Positions 20,859 to 31,388 of a stretch of DNA of 64,000 nt are shown here, in pieces. Source of the DNA: Candidatus Bathyarchaeia archaeon (GTDB taxonomy: Archaea; Thermoproteota; CALKCG01; B24); contig JAVZJD010000002.1 in the NCBI GenBank assembly GCA_038870975.1, positions 576,001-640,000 of the forward strand, given 5' to 3'. Positions within the stretch are counted from its first letter, which is position 1; every line of letters starts with the position of its first letter. Position numbers and translations under genes: made by a program. The notes under the pieces were generated by a model. It was not told where the DNA came from. It worked only from the letters and a program-made list of their open reading frames with translations, and made no database searches.

Positions 20859-20956
20859 ATAAGTTATTCAAGGTGATTGAGAAGTTCTCAAGTTAAGTCT
20901 CACAAGGGGATGTACGAAGGGGAAGACCACCATGCGAGTCTTTTTCCTCTTCTTCC

Positions 20957-20966
20957 AAAAAAAAAA
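20957..20966 (-). terminator. Oligo-T terminator
   Basis: T10 on the minus strand, 15 nt after the stop of 20982..21827. Confidence 0.6.
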
Positions 20967-20981
20967 GAAGTGGTTCTTATT

Positions 20982-21827
20982 TTAACCCTTTTCCTCAGTT
21001 TTGCTAGGGGTTTGCTTACGCATGAAAACCGTTCTAAAGGCTCTTATGATGGCTATGGAAACTAATGTCGAAGCCACAGTTATAGTGGCCCTTTCAGCTA
21101 TGGTTATCGGTAGAACGGCCATAAATAAATAGCCTAGCGATAGTTCTTCTGGAACTGGCAACCCTAGGAAAGCTAAGTAGTCGGCTGGCTTAGGGATGCC
21201 TGTCTTCGTCCAGATGATGCCTAAAGCCACGAGAGCGTCTTTAAGTGCTTTAAGAGGTACTAGTATGCCTAAGGCACTTATGTAGGCTAAGTTTCCATAC
21301 ATGCTATCGGTCATTGTTGCTATAAAAGATGTAACCGCAGAGCCCCAGATGAGACGGCCTCCTTTAGCCTCTATAAGACCTTTAAGCCTCTTACCCAATG
21401 TTAAACTGAGGATTAAAGCGACGATATGGAATACTGGGTATAGTGGCGCTTCGAAGCCGACTGGACTAACATACCAACCGATTATAAGTACAAGCAATAC
21501 GGCGGATCCGTAGAGCCAACCTAATTCAATTTTACTCGTTAAAAAGCCAGCTACAAGAGATGCTAGAGCACCTGCGGGTATCAGCAGAAGCCCAAATACA
21601 GTCGTCGAGGGGATCATCCAAGCTATTAGATTTCCTAGAAGGGATGTTATGAAGCCAAGCTTAGGACCGAGTATAATGCCTATAGTGGCATAAAGTATTG
21701 TGGTAAGCTCTATGGTTGTTGGAGCACCTATAGCTGGAAAACCTGGAAGCCTTGAAACGGCGACTATTAGAGCAGCCATTGTTGAAATTGTCGCCACCTT
21801 TAATGTTCTAGTTTTAAGTAGACTCAT
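20982..21827 (-). CDS. ECF transporter substrate-specific (S) component
   Basis: Multi-TM protein with AALIVA and GIILGPKLG motifs typical of S components. Confidence 0.7.
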   Translation of the reverse strand: MSLLKTRTLKVATISTMAALIVAVSRLPGFPAIGAPTTIELTTILYATIGIILGPKLGFITSLLGNLIAWMIPSTTVFGLLLIPAGALASLVAGFLTSKIELGWLYGSAVLLVLIIGWYVSPVGFEAPLYPVFHIVALILSLTLGKRLKGLIEAKGGRLIWGSAVTSFIATMTDSMYGNLAYISALGILVPLKALKDALVALGIIWTKTGIPKPADYLAFLGLPVPEELSLGYLFMAVLPITIAERATITVASTLVSIAIIRAFRTVFMRKQTPSKTEEKG

Positions 21828-21872
21828 ACTCTGTGTAGTTATCTACACAGAAATTTAAATTTTTACATAGCA

Positions 21873-22655
21873 TTATGTCTTCGGAGGCATTCTGTAAAAA
21901 TCCAGTTTAGCATCGTGGTAGTTTCTTATTACGACTTTAGCAGCCTCCTCTATCATGGGTTCACCGTCCTTGTAAAGCCATCCACGTTTACGTGCAATAA
22001 GCTCTAATATCTTATATGGGTCCTTCTCAGAGAAGCCGTAGGTCTTCTCAATAGCCTTAGGATTTTGATCGATTATACGTTTAAGGAGTTCAACGGCAGG
22101 TTTAATGGGGTTTGAAAAGCCATCTATAGGCGTTCCCCGTATAAGCGTTTCAAGCCAGTCTTCACCAGAAGGCACTATACCAGGGGTATCTATGATTTTA
22201 ATGTCTTCATCCACCTTGTAGAGTTGAAAAGCCTTAGTATAGCCTGTGGTTCCAGGGTAGGGGCTTGTAGAAGCCGAAGCTTTTCCCTTTAAAGCGTTTA
22301 TAACAGTTGATTTGCCAGTTTTCGGCAGTCCGACGATTAGAACGGTCGTAGGTTTTCTAGAGGAGACACTTCTTATGGCATTCTTTAAACGGTTTACACC
22401 TCTACGATGTTTAGCGATAAAAGGAACGGTTTTAAAACCCAAGTTCTCAAAAAACTTAACCCATTCCAAGACTACTCTTCTAGGAGCTAGATCAGCCTTA
22501 TTAAGTACAATTATGATGGGTTTGCCAGCCCTCCCAGCCATGTTTTCTATTCTAATACTACGGGTTTCAAGAGGAACCCTAGCATCTAAAACCTCAAGTA
22601 TGACATCGGCTTTATTTACAAGCTTAGCTAATATACTCCATGATGCAAGTTTCAA
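21873..22655 (-). CDS. Circularly permuted ribosome-biogenesis GTPase (YlqF/RbgA family)
   Basis: EVLDARVP, NKAD (G4) preceding GLPKTGKS (G1), DTPG (G3). Confidence 0.92.
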   Translation of the reverse strand: MKLASWSILAKLVNKADVILEVLDARVPLETRSIRIENMAGRAGKPIIIVLNKADLAPRRVVLEWVKFFENLGFKTVPFIAKHRRGVNRLKNAIRSVSSRKPTTVLIVGLPKTGKSTVINALKGKASASTSPYPGTTGYTKAFQLYKVDEDIKIIDTPGIVPSGEDWLETLIRGTPIDGFSNPIKPAVELLKRIIDQNPKAIEKTYGFSEKDPYKILELIARKRGWLYKDGEPMIEEAAKVVIRNYHDAKLDFYRMPPKT

Positions 22656-22847
22656 CGAGAAACACCAGTTTCAACAAATAAACCTTAAGCTCCGTACTGA
22701 CCTACTTAAAAACTTACAGATAACTCTTTAAATGTTTAGCAGTATTATTCTCCGGTCAACAACGGTAAATGTTTTAACGCAATCCGACTTAATGGAGTGA
22801 AACGATATAAAACACATAGTGAAGATTAGCTATTTAGAAGACTATAG

Positions 22848-23969
22848 ATGATGAACCGAGGGTTCTCAATCATTATATTAAGCGCTTTAACAATGTTCTC
22901 AATAATAGTTTTGGTGATTGCAATGAGAGACCCTTTAACTCTACATCCAGAATTATGGGCAGTTGAGAGGCCTTTATTAAAGGCATTAAAACTACCTAGG
23001 CTGGTAATGGCTTTCTACCACGCTTGGTATGGTAATACTACTGGTCCTTCGGGGAAGTGGTTCCACTGGGATCATCCAATATGGGATACTGCTACGGGTG
23101 AGGTGATAGGTCGTCACGACCCTGAAAAGTTCATAGCGCCCAATATTAGAGATATTGGAGCTGCTCATTATCCTCTTACTGGCCCATACGATTGCTCAGA
23201 CCCAGAGCTGATAAAGTACCAGTTGGATTTAGCGGAAGAAGCTGGAATCGATGTATTCGTCATAGACTGGTTTGGACCTCCAGATGGACCAGTAGACAAC
23301 TACACTAAGACGTTGATGGATTATGTGGAAGAGCATGGGAGAAGCATACGTTTCAGTATACTTTACGATGGATATCACTACGCTAAGTATCCCCTTTCAG
23401 ATTCTCTGAATGAGCTGAGATACCTTCTAAAGACTTATGGGGAGCGCTCATCCTTCCTGAGGGTGGGAAATTACTCCTTGATCTTCATATACGCCAGCAG
23501 GTTCTACACGTCTAGACAGTGGGATTACGTAATCCGCACCTTAAGATACGAAGGCTTTCAGGCAATCTTCTTAGCTGATGCATTCGAGGAAGACTATGCT
23601 AAAGTCTTCGATGGTCTATACACATACAGCCCTTTAGATATCCTTCTAAGAGGTGGAAATCTAACAGAAGTCTATACTAATGCTAAGCTACTGGCTTCTA
23701 AGTACGATGGGTTTTTCGCTGGAACAGCTCTTCCAGGTTACGATGATACGAGAATACGTAAGCCTGGAATCTTCTTGGATAGGCAAGACGGGAAAGTGTA
23801 TAATGAGACTTGGCGGGCTATTATAAATAGTGGTTCAGACTGGGCTCTAATATGCTCTTGGAATGAATGGCACGAGGGGACTGAAATAGAGCCGAGCATT
23901 GAATATGGAACTCAATACTTAAAACTCACGAAAAACTTCTCGGATGAGTTTAAAGGTAAAGATAGATGA
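22848..23969 (+). CDS. Secreted GH99/GH71-like glycoside hydrolase (endo-alpha-mannosidase-like)
   Basis: AFYHAWY, YPLTGPYD, PGYDD, SWNEWHEGTEIEP catalytic motif; N-terminal TM/signal. Confidence 0.85.
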   Translation: MMNRGFSIIILSALTMFSIIVLVIAMRDPLTLHPELWAVERPLLKALKLPRLVMAFYHAWYGNTTGPSGKWFHWDHPIWDTATGEVIGRHDPEKFIAPNIRDIGAAHYPLTGPYDCSDPELIKYQLDLAEEAGIDVFVIDWFGPPDGPVDNYTKTLMDYVEEHGRSIRFSILYDGYHYAKYPLSDSLNELRYLLKTYGERSSFLRVGNYSLIFIYASRFYTSRQWDYVIRTLRYEGFQAIFLADAFEEDYAKVFDGLYTYSPLDILLRGGNLTEVYTNAKLLASKYDGFFAGTALPGYDDTRIRKPGIFLDRQDGKVYNETWRAIINSGSDWALICSWNEWHEGTEIEPSIEYGTQYLKLTKNFSDEFKGKDR

Positions 23970-24421
23970 AGACGAACATACCCTCTAAATAATTCTGAAG
24001 CTAGGCTGATAGATCAATGTTTGCCAGTAAGTCAAGCGAAACGTTTATTGAAAAGCTGATACACCAAGTGTCTAGTCTATTATTTTGCGGGGGAATGAGT
24101 TGAAAGCCCCCGGCGGGCTTATATCTTCAAGTGTAAAAGCACTTAACATCGTATGTACACTACTTCGTATGTCGCTTCGATGGGCTGCGGGGGCGTTCAG
24201 AAGGTGTTTAAGGGACGGGTCTTAGATGATATGCTTTCTAAAATTCTACGTTAGCTCTCCATATATCACCCCTTAGGAGGTTATAAGTCCATGGAGTGGT
24301 CAACGATTCTCTCCTCAACGCACTAGAGATGAAAGGTGAGACCTGGATCAGGTTGAACTCTAAGCCGTTGAGCTATCCATGAGGTGGCTTCCATAAATAC
24401 GGATCCATTGGTTGGGTTTAG

Positions 24422-25615
24422 TCAGACTCTCGTTAACTGATGCCCACCACGTAGATATGATCCAGATTTGTCGGTCTTGGTCCAGCGGGGCTTAAGCCGT
24501 AGGACTATGGATATTAGGACTGCTATGGCTATGAGCGAGTTAAGGAGTAAGTATGGAAGACTTAAGATTAAAGCCTTGGTTTTAAGATGTAGCGGGAGAT
24601 AGCTGAAGATCGATGCCGTGAGCGCTAGCTGGATTATGGCGGATGCCAAAACCACAGCCAGTATCGGCTGTCCGAAGATTAGGACTAATACGAGTACTGG
24701 CAAGAAGAGGGCTATACTTAGAGGTGAGAGAAGACTTAGGACCACATCCAGCTTATTCATAGGTTTAAGTCCTTTCAAGTCTTTAAACCTCCGTTTAAGG
24801 ACTTCAACCGTCCCCCTATACCATCTAAACCTCTGCTTGATGAACGTGCTGAGCTTAGAGGGGGCTTCAACGCCGACTTTAACCGGAGCTAGACTGACTT
24901 TGCCGCCTCTACACATTAAGCGTACCGCTAAGTCGTTATCCTCAGCTATAGAATCCTCATCCCAACCTCCCAACGCCCTTATCCAAGAGCTTCTCACGAG
25001 GGAGGAGAAGCCTGGGGCTTGGGTGAAAAGACCTAGACGGCTCTTAGCATAGGTTAACTTCTCCCAGAGCGAGCATTCGAGGGCGAAGAGCTGGGGTAGC
25101 ACCCCCTCTTTTAGGTTTAGTGGGTAGGGCACCGCTGTTACGGCTACGGCATCTTCATGGAGGATGAATTTAACCATGGTTTTTAAAGAATCTTTGCCTA
25201 CGATGGAGTCTGCGTCTAAGAGGAGGACCAACTCTCCTTTAAGGAAGGGTAGTGCGTAGTTTAAGGCTGAGGGCTTACCCTTTGGACTTGAGAACTTCAT
25301 CAGCTTGACCGTGTCTTTAAAGTTCATACAGGCTTCTAAAGTTTCATCGTCATCCACGACGGCTAAAATTTCAAGCTTATCCCTGGGATAATCTAAGTCT
25401 AAGAGCTTGCTGAGCGTATAGGGGAGTACCTTGGCCTCGTTCTTAGCCGCTATGAGGATGGAAACTGAGGGGTAGTTGAAGCCAGACTTCTCTACGCCTT
25501 GGACTTTAAACTTTGACCCGAGCAGTATCAGAAGACAAGCGTAGGATGAAAAGATGAAAATTAAACCAACTAGTAAGGCTAAAATCGCCTGTAGTGTTAA
25601 AAGCAAACCCGTCAA
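24422..25615 (-). CDS. Processive GT2 glycosyltransferase (cellulose synthase/PgaC-like)
   Basis: AAKNE, DADS (DxD), AEDNDL, QRFRW (QxxRW), flanking TMs. Confidence 0.9.
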   Translation of the reverse strand: MTGLLLTLQAILALLVGLIFIFSSYACLLILLGSKFKVQGVEKSGFNYPSVSILIAAKNEAKVLPYTLSKLLDLDYPRDKLEILAVVDDDETLEACMNFKDTVKLMKFSSPKGKPSALNYALPFLKGELVLLLDADSIVGKDSLKTMVKFILHEDAVAVTAVPYPLNLKEGVLPQLFALECSLWEKLTYAKSRLGLFTQAPGFSSLVRSSWIRALGGWDEDSIAEDNDLAVRLMCRGGKVSLAPVKVGVEAPSKLSTFIKQRFRWYRGTVEVLKRRFKDLKGLKPMNKLDVVLSLLSPLSIALFLPVLVLVLIFGQPILAVVLASAIIQLALTASIFSYLPLHLKTKALILSLPYLLLNSLIAIAVLISIVLRLKPRWTKTDKSGSYLRGGHQLTRV

Positions 25616-27051
25616 GTGTGCTCAGCCTCTTGCTGAAAGAGGGCAGATTGAAGGCTTTCGGCTATGGTTTTTCCAAGGATGTCTTTCAAAGCCTTAAGTC
25701 CTCCAGCTAAATTACAAATTAAGAGGCTTAGCGACGCTGCCGTTAGGACGTGGGCGTTTAGAGTTATTGTTACAGAGTAGCCTATGATCGTTATGTTTAA
25801 GCCGTTTATGATGTAGACCGTGAGCATGGTTAAACCTAAGCCTGAGGCGACGCCTAAAACGGACGCTTTAAGGAGCGTAGAGACCATTAAACTTAAGGTC
25901 TTCCTCTTAGACGATCCTAAGGCCCTTAAAAGGGCCACGTCTAACTTACAATTGGATACCACGGTGTAAGTTACGTAGTAAGATAAGGTTAGTGTGAAGA
26001 TGGATGTTAATGCGGATAACATCTTTAAAGTATCTTCAGTAAGACCCAGCTCGCTTTCGAAGAGTCTTTTGACGAGCTCTTCGGCTCTTCCAGCCGATAG
26101 TTCAGACATTTTAAAAAGCATTTTAGTATCAGCAGTCCGTAAACTGAGCTGCTCAGGGCTGGCTTCAGCGAATTCAGGGTTTAGCTTAACGTCGATTTTC
26201 AAGCTACCTGACACTGTGACTCTATAGTCTCCTTGAACCCTCCTACCTCCAAGGTAAAACTCAACGTCGTAAGACCCCGGTGGAAGCCTTAAATACGCTA
26301 TACCCCATTTATCGGTTAATGCTTTGACGGATACCATATCTTTAACCCGAATTTCAACGTGTTCAGCTTTAGTTCCGTTGGGAAACGTTACTTCAAACTT
26401 CACTACTTCACCCTCGGCTATGACGCCTTTAAATCCTTCTGGAGATAATAGACTTAAATTCGTACTAACCCTAACTATTGTCAGCTCTTCATTTTTAAGT
26501 CCTCTGAGCCACCTAGCCACATCCGTGAGTACTATGATTTCATCGTCTATGTAGCTGTCTGTAGATATGACGCCTACCACGTCTAACGTAACCCATACAT
26601 CTCTCAGTACGCTCAGAACGGTTACTCTTTCCCCCAAGTGCAGGTTAAGCCTCTTCATGGCTCTAACTCCTAGAACCACCTTATGGAAATCGTATGGCTC
26701 TAGCATACGGCCCTCCACTACTTCAAACTCTTCAAAGCTGGAGAATAGGTTTGGATCAACGCCCCTAGCCATCAACATCCTACCGTTTATAACGCAGGGA
26801 GCTAAGACCTCAGGACTTAAACTCTCAACTCTTAAAACGTTCTTCAGAAAGTCCACAACCTCATAACGTATTACGCTTGTAATTGGGGTTCTAGCTTTCT
26901 TATCCCATACGATCAGCCCGCCTCCGCTTAAACCGTGTACTAAAGCGTCGTACGCTGATAGGAAGAGTTGAAACGTTAGAGTAAACGATGTGCAGGTTAT
27001 GGATGTAACGAGCACTATGAGTATGAGCCTCCTCCATGGAATTACTTTCAT
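25612..27051 (-). CDS. FtsX/MacB-like ABC permease
   Basis: Large extracellular loop, ALLRALGSS motif, three C-terminal TMs. Confidence 0.8.
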   Translation of the reverse strand: MKVIPWRRLILIVLVTSITCTSFTLTFQLFLSAYDALVHGLSGGGLIVWDKKARTPITSVIRYEVVDFLKNVLRVESLSPEVLAPCVINGRMLMARGVDPNLFSSFEEFEVVEGRMLEPYDFHKVVLGVRAMKRLNLHLGERVTVLSVLRDVWVTLDVVGVISTDSYIDDEIIVLTDVARWLRGLKNEELTIVRVSTNLSLLSPEGFKGVIAEGEVVKFEVTFPNGTKAEHVEIRVKDMVSVKALTDKWGIAYLRLPPGSYDVEFYLGGRRVQGDYRVTVSGSLKIDVKLNPEFAEASPEQLSLRTADTKMLFKMSELSAGRAEELVKRLFESELGLTEDTLKMLSALTSIFTLTLSYYVTYTVVSNCKLDVALLRALGSSKRKTLSLMVSTLLKASVLGVASGLGLTMLTVYIINGLNITIIGYSVTITLNAHVLTAASLSLLICNLAGGLKALKDILGKTIAESLQSALFQQEAEHT

Positions 27052-27055
27052 GAGT

Positions 27056-28171
27056 TCACCTTACGTATAGGGCTATGGGTCTTTTCAGGATCTTAGCAAT
27101 CGCTACTAATCCTCCGAACGTGGTAGATGCGATGACGTAAGCAGACGTTTTAAGTATCAGTTCGACTGTATAAAGCGGCCTCACGCCAACCTCTAATAGG
27201 CCTGCGATTTTCAAAAACATACAGGCCACGTAAACACCTGAAACTCCTAAAGCTAAGCCTAAAGTCAAACCGAGAATGCAGATTAAAAGTAGCTCGTAAA
27301 CTATAAGCTTTACGACTGACTTCTTAGATAACCCTAAAGCCCTTAAAAGAGTACACTCCCACTTAGACTCCTCTATAAGCCTCAACCCCAGTACGTACGC
27401 CGTTGTGAGGATTAGCACGCAGATGATAACCCTCCAAACGTCTATTAGCCTATATGTCTGCTCAGCTAAGTCGTTTAAGGCGGGTCGTAAACCAGAGCCG
27501 TATAAGACTTTAAGTCCTTTAACCTCAAAATTTTCAAAGCCTACGTAGTCGTAGGGTTTTTTGACGAGGATTCTTATGAGGCTTATCTTACCCTTCAACT
27601 CTGGCCACAACATCCATGCTTTTTCCAAACCCATTAAAACCTCTCCGTCTAGAGGCGTTTGCGTTTTAAAAACCCCCTTCACGGAGAATCTAAGGGGTTC
27701 ATTTTCAGAGGTAAACCATACAGTGCACCCTTGGGATAAGTTGAGTGCATCGGCTAGCACACGGCCCATGTACACTACGTAGTCATCATTAAGCCCCTTG
27801 ACCTCAATACCCGCCATCTTTGAAAAGACTTCGGGTTCTACGCACCTAATTCGAGTCTCCACGCTTTTATTACCTAATGTGACTATGCTATTTATTAGAA
27901 GCTCCGGTGAAATTATTGCGACATCTGCGTTTAAAGGAACGCCCTCTAAAGTACTGTAGTCCATGAGTTCTCCGCTCGATGTAATGAGTATGAAGTTTGA
28001 ACGTAAGTTCAGTCCAATGTATTCAACGGTCTTGACGACTTTATCCACGTAAGCGTTTGCTATAGCTCCAACGGCCGTGAGCTCCGCTACGAGGATTGTT
28101 ATGATCAGTAGTGCCAGTACTACATGGCCGTTTTTACTCAATATTGCTTTGAAGGCCAGTGGAACTAGCAA
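27056..28171 (-). CDS. FtsX/MacB-like ABC permease
   Basis: LLRALGLS motif and MacB topology. Confidence 0.8.
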   Translation of the reverse strand: MLVPLAFKAILSKNGHVVLALLIITILVAELTAVGAIANAYVDKVVKTVEYIGLNLRSNFILITSSGELMDYSTLEGVPLNADVAIISPELLINSIVTLGNKSVETRIRCVEPEVFSKMAGIEVKGLNDDYVVYMGRVLADALNLSQGCTVWFTSENEPLRFSVKGVFKTQTPLDGEVLMGLEKAWMLWPELKGKISLIRILVKKPYDYVGFENFEVKGLKVLYGSGLRPALNDLAEQTYRLIDVWRVIICVLILTTAYVLGLRLIEESKWECTLLRALGLSKKSVVKLIVYELLLICILGLTLGLALGVSGVYVACMFLKIAGLLEVGVRPLYTVELILKTSAYVIASTTFGGLVAIAKILKRPIALYVR

Positions 28172-28214
28172 GCTAAATCCTTATTACTACTGGATAAGCT
28201 ATAATCCATTTGGG

Positions 28215-28892
28215 ATGGGGACTGCCGTCGAAGTTAAGGACGTTTGGAAGAAATACTATAACTCGTATGTATTGAAGGGCGTTGACTTAACGGTTGAAGT
28301 TGGAGAGTTTATTTCCATTAGAGGTAGGTCTGGAGTAGGTAAGTCTACGCTTCTACGTTTAATCGGTCTTCTAGATAAGCCAGATAGGGGATGCGTGAGG
28401 TTGTTTGGGGTGGATACTTCTAGGTTGAGCGATGAAGAAGAGTCGAACCTTAGGCTTAGAAGCATAGGCTTTATTTTTCAATCGTACAACTTAATACCGT
28501 GGCTTACTGTGGTTGAGAACGTCAAGCTCCCCATGGCATTGGCCGGGGTTAGGGAAGGTGAAATGGAGGATAGAGCGCGTAAGCTTCTAAACGTATTCGG
28601 TTTGGAAAAACTCGCCGATAGGTATCCAGGCGAGGTTAGTGGAGGCGAGCAGCAGAGGGTGGCCGTGGTCAGGGCTTTGGCAAACAATCCCAAGCTCATA
28701 CTTGCAGATGAGCCGACCTCCAACCTAGACCCTGAGAATTCTAAGCTTGTGGTGGATATGCTTTTAAAGGCATGCGTAGAATTCAAGGCCTCCGTGGTTA
28801 TGGCGACCACGGACGTATACGAAGAGCTTCCAACAAATAGAGACTACGTTATAGTTGATGGTAAACTTAAGCACTTAAACCTAAAAGTCTGA
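28215..28892 (+). CDS. LolD/MacB-type ABC ATPase
   Basis: GRSGVGKS, GFIFQSYNL, VSGGEQQR, ADEPTSNLD. Start moved to ATG 28215 to avoid overlapping the divergent permease. Confidence 0.9.
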   Translation: MGTAVEVKDVWKKYYNSYVLKGVDLTVEVGEFISIRGRSGVGKSTLLRLIGLLDKPDRGCVRLFGVDTSRLSDEEESNLRLRSIGFIFQSYNLIPWLTVVENVKLPMALAGVREGEMEDRARKLLNVFGLEKLADRYPGEVSGGEQQRVAVVRALANNPKLILADEPTSNLDPENSKLVVDMLLKACVEFKASVVMATTDVYEELPTNRDYVIVDGKLKHLNLKV

Positions 28893-29763
28893 CTGCTAGA
28901 AAAACCAGTAGGACTATTAAAGCTACTATCACACCCCTTCTGTTGAGCTCGTATGGAAGTTTAGTACGATAGTCTTCCTCCTTGAGCGATCTAAGCATGG
29001 GATGCATCAGGAGGGATGCTAATGGAGTCAAGGGTAAAACCCAGTAAAACCTACGATCTGTAACGCCTAGGGCTACTATGAGTATTAAAGCCGTAGCCAT
29101 GATTATGTTCGCCAGCATAAGGGATGGTTTTTCGCCGAGGAGTGTAACTGTTACTTTATCAGCGCTCTTCAAATCCTTAGCATAATCTCTAACTTCTTGA
29201 ATGAGCTCAGCCACGGCTGAGAATAGCATCGCGATTATCGTTAAGATGAGTCCAGTTGAGTCTAGGTTTCTATAGGTCATGTATCCCATGGCCACGTAAA
29301 GACCTGGTCCAATGGAGTGGTATAATACGTCTAAGGGAGGCTTAGCCTTGGCTCTAATCCCATAGGAGTATGTGAAGGCTCCGAATATCACTACGAGCCC
29401 TATGGGTGTTAAATTCGCTGGTAGCAACATTAGGCTTAGCATAGACGCGGTCAGCAACACCGTAGCTACGATGGATGCAAATTTGACCGTTATTAGACCG
29501 AGGGATATGGGGTTCCTAGGGCTTTCTGAGTGGGAGTCTACGTATCTATCTGATATGTCGTTTACTACAAAGGCTAGAGCTGAGGATGAAGCTATGAAGA
29601 AGACAAGCCATACGGTTTTCAATTCGAGCTGTTCGAACGTAAATAGGCTTCCGAATAAACCAGCCAACGTAAACGCTGGACCGTACTCGTGGAATCTTAA
29701 TAACATTTGAAGTGCTTTAAGGCGATTTACGCCTCTACTTATGGTGTTCTCGACTGGCCCCAT
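28867..29763 (-). CDS. UbiA-family prenyltransferase
   Basis: NDISDRYVD and QEVRDYAKD Asp-rich motifs, YS motif, multiple TMs. Confidence 0.88.
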   Translation of the reverse strand: MGPVENTISRGVNRLKALQMLLRFHEYGPAFTLAGLFGSLFTFEQLELKTVWLVFFIASSSALAFVVNDISDRYVDSHSESPRNPISLGLITVKFASIVATVLLTASMLSLMLLPANLTPIGLVVIFGAFTYSYGIRAKAKPPLDVLYHSIGPGLYVAMGYMTYRNLDSTGLILTIIAMLFSAVAELIQEVRDYAKDLKSADKVTVTLLGEKPSLMLANIIMATALILIVALGVTDRRFYWVLPLTPLASLLMHPMLRSLKEEDYRTKLPYELNRRGVIVALIVLLVFLAVRLLGLSA

Positions 29764-31357
29764 AGACTATGTTCTCCCCATCATCGTAAACTCTACTCAG
29801 CGAATTTTCACCGTCTAGTTTAGATATGGTGACTGTTAAGGGTATTGCATAGGCTCCCCCCACGTACCCGTCTACATCCATATACCTATACACCAGTATG
29901 TTCTGCGAGCTCACGGCATTGGAGCCGTATATTAAGGTTAAACAGTCGTAAGGGTTGAAGCTTAAGTTGAGGTATCCGCTCAGTAGGTAGCCGTATTTGA
30001 TGTCCGAGGAAGTAGTAGACCCTTCTGCCATGAAGTATCTAAGCCATAATGCTACGTTTAAGTCTCTGACGTCGTATATGTGGTATGCACCTGAGTATTT
30101 ACCATGTGTAAATAAATAGCTGTACCAGTGGTTTAAGAAGCCTAGCGTGATTAGTATCCACACTATGGATATTGAGAGCTTATACTTGGATCCTCCGACA
30201 GCCTTTAAGAGCTGCTTCAAACCTATGGGGGCTAATATAAATAATGGTGGGTATAGGAAGCTCGGCACGCGGATGATGAATGTCAATGGGCTTTGGGAGG
30301 CGAAGAAGCCGTATAGGAGCAGGCCTAACAGGCTCATAATCCAGCATTTGAGAACTGTAAACTCTTTCGCAGGGGCTGCGTCTCTGATGTTGAACCAGCC
30401 CAATACAGCCATTACGGCTACAGCCATGTATGGTGTTGCCGTGAGAAGCATGTGTATGGGTAGTGTCGGAGCCTCCTCTAAAACTCTTACTCTAACGCCT
30501 ATAAGCGCTAAGGAGACGGCTAACGCCAACACCGTGCATAGGTATATCTTGTCAAAGGAGGACCTGTGCCTCAGAAATGTGAAAACAACAGGGGCCACTG
30601 AAATCGTCTCAAAGGACCAGAGTGCGAGCCAGTCGTTGAAGTCGAGCTTTACAGGTAGACCCTTTAAAGCGTGTAGTTGATAGTATAAGGCTGTTAAGAT
30701 CAGATACGTTATAATGGTTGCTGCAAGTTTACGGTCTAACTGTTTAAATGGTTGGAAGAGGCTCAGGGTTAACGTGAAGCTTAAGCTCGCTAAGAGCAGT
30801 ATGAGTGATGTAAAGTGGTGTGCTAAGAGAAGCGTCGTAAAGCTTAAAATAGATGCTAAGTAAAAGCTCCATCTGCCCTTAAGCAACCCAAGCATCAACA
30901 GCATTAAAGTTGTCAAGTAGAGGGTGTGTGCATAACCCTCCTTCGTAATACCTGATGATATTATAACGTGTGGAGCCATGGAGGCGAAGAGTATGGCTGA
31001 AGCGTAAGCCATCGGAGAACTATTAGAGAACTTCTTCGATAGCGCTAGGAAAATATTTACTCCTAAGGCTGATGCTAGGGGGACTGAGAGGGCTGAGGCT
31101 TGGAAAACTGGCAAACCCGTCAATGCACTTAAGACAACCGTGTAAACCATTACGGTGGGCCAGTACACGTTATAGTTGTCGAAGCCCTCTGAGGGGTTGA
31201 GGTCTATCGGCGTATGTTTAGCTAGGTTTTCTACATTGCGTATTAGGGGCCAAGAATCGGTGTGCGATGGAATACCTGTTGAGAGGTAGGGGTAGAGTCT
31301 TAGGGTTAAGGCTAAGGCGAATATTATGAGGGGTATCAGTATTCTACTCAAAGACAT
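29735..31357 (-). CDS. Polytopic membrane protein, putative GT-C-fold glycosyltransferase
   Basis: About 12 TMs, first-loop D (HTDSW), HH motif, C-terminal RVYDDG soluble tail; same architecture as 56872..58659. Confidence 0.6.
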   Translation of the reverse strand: MSLSRILIPLIIFALALTLRLYPYLSTGIPSHTDSWPLIRNVENLAKHTPIDLNPSEGFDNYNVYWPTVMVYTVVLSALTGLPVFQASALSVPLASALGVNIFLALSKKFSNSSPMAYASAILFASMAPHVIISSGITKEGYAHTLYLTTLMLLMLGLLKGRWSFYLASILSFTTLLLAHHFTSLILLLASLSFTLTLSLFQPFKQLDRKLAATIITYLILTALYYQLHALKGLPVKLDFNDWLALWSFETISVAPVVFTFLRHRSSFDKIYLCTVLALAVSLALIGVRVRVLEEAPTLPIHMLLTATPYMAVAVMAVLGWFNIRDAAPAKEFTVLKCWIMSLLGLLLYGFFASQSPLTFIIRVPSFLYPPLFILAPIGLKQLLKAVGGSKYKLSISIVWILITLGFLNHWYSYLFTHGKYSGAYHIYDVRDLNVALWLRYFMAEGSTTSSDIKYGYLLSGYLNLSFNPYDCLTLIYGSNAVSSQNILVYRYMDVDGYVGGAYAIPLTVTISKLDGENSLSRVYDDGENIVYGASREHHK

Positions 31358-31388
31358 ATTGTTTGATTAAGCCCTAATGCTGTTTTGG

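Noticed and set aside
20873-20952. Hairpins between oppA and the ECF gene as an H/ACA RNA or riboswitch
   Set aside because: No K-turn or ACA box is evident; adequately explained by terminator and promoter sequence
28077-28214. N-terminal extension of the ABC ATPase in the ORF track
   Set aside because: Overlaps the divergent permease; the ATPase domain starts at ATG 28215
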